DNA from: a virus | Virus record (IMG/VR): IMGVR_UViG_3300046535_000406 | Coordinates: 45,498-109,497 of that record | Length of the DNA: 64,000 nucleotides | Reading direction: 5' to 3' (one strand) | In this document: positions 60,657 to 64,000 of the stretch, piece after piece | Layout: each line of letters begins with the position of its first letter | Numbering within the stretch: the first letter of the stretch is position 1 | The notes under the pieces: model-generated | What the model was told of the DNA's origin: nothing | The model's database searches: none | What the model saw: the letters and a program-made list of their open reading frames with translations, nothing else | Translations under genes and position numbers: made by a program

Positions 60657-62128
60657 TTACTTGCGGGTCCGGAGGTACTTGATGGCGCAGCCCCGGCAGT
60701 AGAAGCGAGGCCCGGGGGCCTCGTCGTCCTGCGTCTCGACGGCCACCTCGGCCCCCTTCGGGCACGCGGTGCCTCGGGGTAGCTCGCCGAAGCCCAGCGT
60801 GCCGACGTGGATCAGGCGGTCCTGCTGCTCGTCGCTCAGGCCGTTCCAGCAGGCCATGTTCCACCAGCCCCGGGTCATCCGTCGATCTTGCGCAGCAGCC
60901 CGATCAGGGCTCGCGACGCATCCTTGCGGCGGTTGTTGTGGCGGATGCGGGTGCCGCCCCAGATGATCAGCACTTCGCCGGTCCGGGTCACCGGCTCGAC
61001 GGTGCCGCCCGCAGCTTTGACTCGGGCGATCGCCGCCCGGAGGGTGGGGACGCCATCGTTGTTCATCGGGAGTGCTCCTTGTGGGGCCGAGCCTCGTCCA
61101 GCGGAGCGCGGGCCGACACGTAGCGCCGGACCTCGTCGTACAGGTCGTACCGGAAGGTGAGCGCCCGGTCGAGGCTGGCCGCGAACCGCTCGAAGTCGGC
61201 GGGGTCCTGCCCCGGGTGGGGCTCGATCTTGACTCGATTGCGGACCCGCTTGCGGATGTCCATGCGGAGGATCGACTCGATCAGGCCCAGCTGGCCCCGG
61301 GTCAGGGTGAGGGTGACGGGCTCGCCGGTGTCCAGTTCCACGTGGTCCGGCTCGTCGTAGCCGGGCACCACGTGGCGCGGAAGGGTCGTGTCGCTCATTC
61401 GTGGCCTCCTACGGGGGTCAGGACGGGCACAGAGGGCACGAAGGCCGTCGTGGGCTCGCTGGTGTCTTCCTTGCCGCTCAGCGTCAGCCGGAGGTCGTCC
61501 AGCGAGCGGCAGAGCGGGCAGCACGTCTCGTTGCCGGGGCGCGGGGCGCTCACCTTGGGGGGCTTGCGCACGAGGCCGCAGGCGAGCTTGGCCGTGGAGC
61601 CATCACTCGCGGCGATGGCGTGCCAGCGACCGAGGTGCTTGGGGTACTGCCAGCGGCCCCACTTGGAGGGCTCGAAGGGTACGGGCTCGGACTTGTCAGG
61701 CATCTTGGCCTCCTTCACTTGCCGGGCGCGGTCAGCGTCCAGCCTCTTGCCGTCAGTGCGGCCTTGACCTTCGCGGTCATCGCCGTGAACGGCCACATGT
61801 CCGTGTGGACCACGGTCTTCTGGGCGGGGACGCCCCATGGCGTCTGCATCTTGGTCATTGGGCCTCCTTACGAGACGGTGCGGATGGTGCCGAGGCAGCG
61901 AGTGCACGAGAGCCACGTTCGGTTCAGGTGCGACATGAGCTTGCCGAAGCGATCGGTGCGGCAGTGGCAGCGGTGGTCCATGGCAGCGCGGGCGCGTAGC
62001 CGGACGCACTTCATGCAGGGACCGCCGTCGGCGATCGCCCAGATGTCGGCGGGCTTGCCGCAGACGGGACAGGTTCGAGGCATCTTGGCCTCCTGTAGGG
62101 CGGGCTCTTGGAGCGGCCCGGCAAGGCC

Positions 62129-62162
62129 ATCCTACACCCGCGCCCTACAGGAGGTCAATAGG
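62129..62162 (-). promoter_or_regulatory. Repeated phage promoter
   Basis: TTGACC-18-TAGGAT. Confidence 0.65.
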
Positions 62163-62352
62163 TCACTTGCGCTTCTTCTTGGGTCGGATCGTGGGGTCCC
62201 GGAGCGCCAGCTTGGACCACGCACGCATGGCCGGGCGGACAGCTGCCGGGTAGGGCGAGTCGTCGTACTTCAGGATGCCGGACCTGACCAGCCTTCGGAA
62301 CCGGACAAGCTCGGGTCCCTCGATCGGCGGCGTGAACGGGTAGGTCAGGGCG

Positions 62353-62724
62353 TCACCATCCGACCCGCCAGTGACCTCGACGGATCGTGTGCGCCGGGCG
62401 ACCGACGAGGTCGATGTCCGTCTGGGCCGTCAGGTCGAGGTGCCACGAGACGCCGTACGGCCCTCGATCCACCACCCGGGTGCGCACGCAGCGGTGCTTC
62501 ACGCAGACGGTGACCCGGGTGCCGCAGGGGAGCGTTCGGTTGGCGACGCCGCGCAGTCCGTGGTCGTGGTACGGGTGCGTGAGCCTCTGCCCACAGGCGG
62601 TCCGGTTGCCGTAGAAGTGAGGCCCGTACCACGTCATGCGTTCGTAGTGCCAGCCGCTGGCCTCAGCGGTGCTTGGCAGGGCGAACAGGGCGAGTGCCAA
62701 CAGAGCGGCGGCGAGCTTCCTCAT
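62353..62724 (-). CDS. Secreted RlpA-like double-psi beta-barrel (lytic transglycosylase-like)
   Basis: Signal peptide; TWYG...TACG...VANRTLPCGTRV...VVDRGPY...LDLT. Confidence 0.8.
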   Translation of the reverse strand: MRKLAAALLALALFALPSTAEASGWHYERMTWYGPHFYGNRTACGQRLTHPYHDHGLRGVANRTLPCGTRVTVCVKHRCVRTRVVDRGPYGVSWHLDLTAQTDIDLVGRPAHTIRRGHWRVGW

Positions 62725-62772
62725 CGGGAGTCCTCCGGGTGGGGTTGGAAGTCGCCACCTTACCCCGGGGTG

Positions 62773-64000
62773 TCAAGCCCGGGGGTTGCGCGGACCCGAC
62801 CTGATCATCGCCTCAGCGCGATCCTGCGCGAAGCCGCACGTGCTCTCGGGGATGCCTCGGGTGCCGTCCCAGCCAGCGAGCCACCAGTACCAGTTGTGCC
62901 CGATCTTCGACACGCTCGCAAGGCGCTGGCCCTCGTGGCGTAGCTCGTATTCGCCGGGCACGACCATGTGCCACTTCATGCCTTCACCGGCTCCTGACGG
63001 ATCGAGGCGAGCATGGCCTGCTTCTCCGTCTCGATCAGGTTCAGGTCGATGTCGAAGTAGCGGGCGAGCACGGGGGTGATGCCCTCGTGGGTGGGGTACA
63101 GGGTGTCCGGGTCGTCGGCGTCGAGGCCGTACTTCGCCATCAGGATGCCCTGCTCGTTCAGCCAGTCAAGGAACTCGCCGATGGCTTGGGACTTGCGCTG
63201 AACGGCGGCCAGCTTGTCGTGCTCGGGATAGTCGCTCATGCTCGGACCTCGGAGTAGCCGTCGAACCAAGCGCCCACTCGGCGGGTGCGCGCCCGGGCCA
63301 CGCTGGACGTGGCCGTGTTGCTGCTCGTCTCGGGGTCATGGCACCACGCCTGAGCCTCGGCGAGAGTCAAGCCGTCCCGGATGGTCCGGCGGCGGTAGCT
63401 GTTCTTGTAGTGGCGGACGATCTTGTAGAACATCAGTGGCCTCCCTTCGGCAGGTCGTCATCGACCCACGGCTTGCGGACCCAGTTGTCGAATAGCTGGA
63501 CGAAGATGACGACGGCGGCGGTGGCGACGATCGTCAGCCACGGCATCCCCTGCGTGATCAGGGCGATCGCTGATCCCACGAGGAATGCGATCCACAGCGG
63601 GATCACCGGCCCGGGATCAGGGCTCAGGCGGTGGCGCTCGCTGAACTGGGGGTCGCCGCAGATGGGGCACCAGTCGCGCCAGTGGGCCGAGGCCACGTAG
63701 CGGTGGCGGGCTTTCAGCGGCATCCGGAACAGGAGGTCTTCGGCCTTGTTCACAGGACGATCCGGAACCCGCCGCCCCGCGTGGCAGACTCGGCGAGCAG
63801 GTCAGCGAGGAACGCCTCGCTGTTCATGGCGGCCTTCACGCACGCCTTGCGGGAGGTCAGCTGGTCGGTCACGAGGACCCAGCGGAAGTGGAAGTTGCCG
63901 TCGGCGATGGCGTCGGACTCCTGCCGGAACAGCATCCAGTCGCGGCCAGCGAACCCGGCCTCGTTGCGCATCGCGCCGTAGGTGGCGCCGGTTGACGGAA
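62773..64000 (-). other. Small coupled hypothetical ORFs (62773, 62976, 63236, 63433, 63750)
   Basis: ATGA/GTGA/TGATG overlaps. Confidence 0.55.

Larger units (their letters stand above)
56491..62083 (-). other. Early-type region of short hypothetical ORFs in promoter-delimited units
   Basis: Many 60-200 aa coupled ORFs with strong GGAGG RBSs. Confidence 0.55.

Noticed and set aside
60875-61066. HicA-like toxin
   Set aside because: Size and pattern are suggestive, but the catalytic G-S-H is absent and there is no HicB partner.
18256-62162. Dispersed 15-mer as CRISPR repeat or integron attC
   Set aside because: Spacing is kilobases and irregular, with no cas or integrase and no attC-like long palindrome; -35/-10 geometry explains it.
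1-64000. tRNA/rRNA genes, integrase/att sites, reverse transcriptase/DGR
   Set aside because: No cloverleaf, recombinase or RT motifs, or TR/VR pair found by eye; a tool scan could still find weak cases.

Overview
This window is a 64-kb piece of a high-GC tailed-phage (Caudoviricetes) genome, with almost all genes on the minus strand. The left end holds the head module. A portal (15267-17342) is followed by a giant ORF of at least 5,094 codons (15283 to beyond base 1), which the ORF track misses because it has no stop in the window. That ORF reads as a MuF-type minor head protein carrying two zincin peptidases, a HipA/PI3K-like kinase, an ADP-ribosyltransferase-like domain, a NUDIX domain, about 29 KOW/SH3-like repeats and an unrecognised triple repeat. 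Putative virion proteins lie at 18-22 kb. The top candidate for a new system is an operon at 28.5-31.3 kb. It encodes two modular proteins (one ending in a RelA/SpoT-like synthetase, the other zincin + ParB) with a small immunity-like gene between them. Every module is preceded by the same [hydrophobic]-x-E-[S/A]...H[F/Y]YGAWxGG...GGH tag, which suggests a protease-processed, capsid-targeted effector cargo system. The window also carries a DNA methyltransferase, RusA, a SprT-like peptidase, TerL/TerS (about 24 kb from the portal), DUF932, HNH, SbcCD (SbcC with an apparent ATA start behind a structured leader), DUF2958, an RlpA-like protein and many small ORFs. The small ORFs are grouped into units separated by about 16 copies of a conserved sigma70-type promoter element that usually abuts the previous stop codon. 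I saw no tRNA, rRNA, CRISPR array or integrase. All calls come from manual reading and translation; no searches were run.
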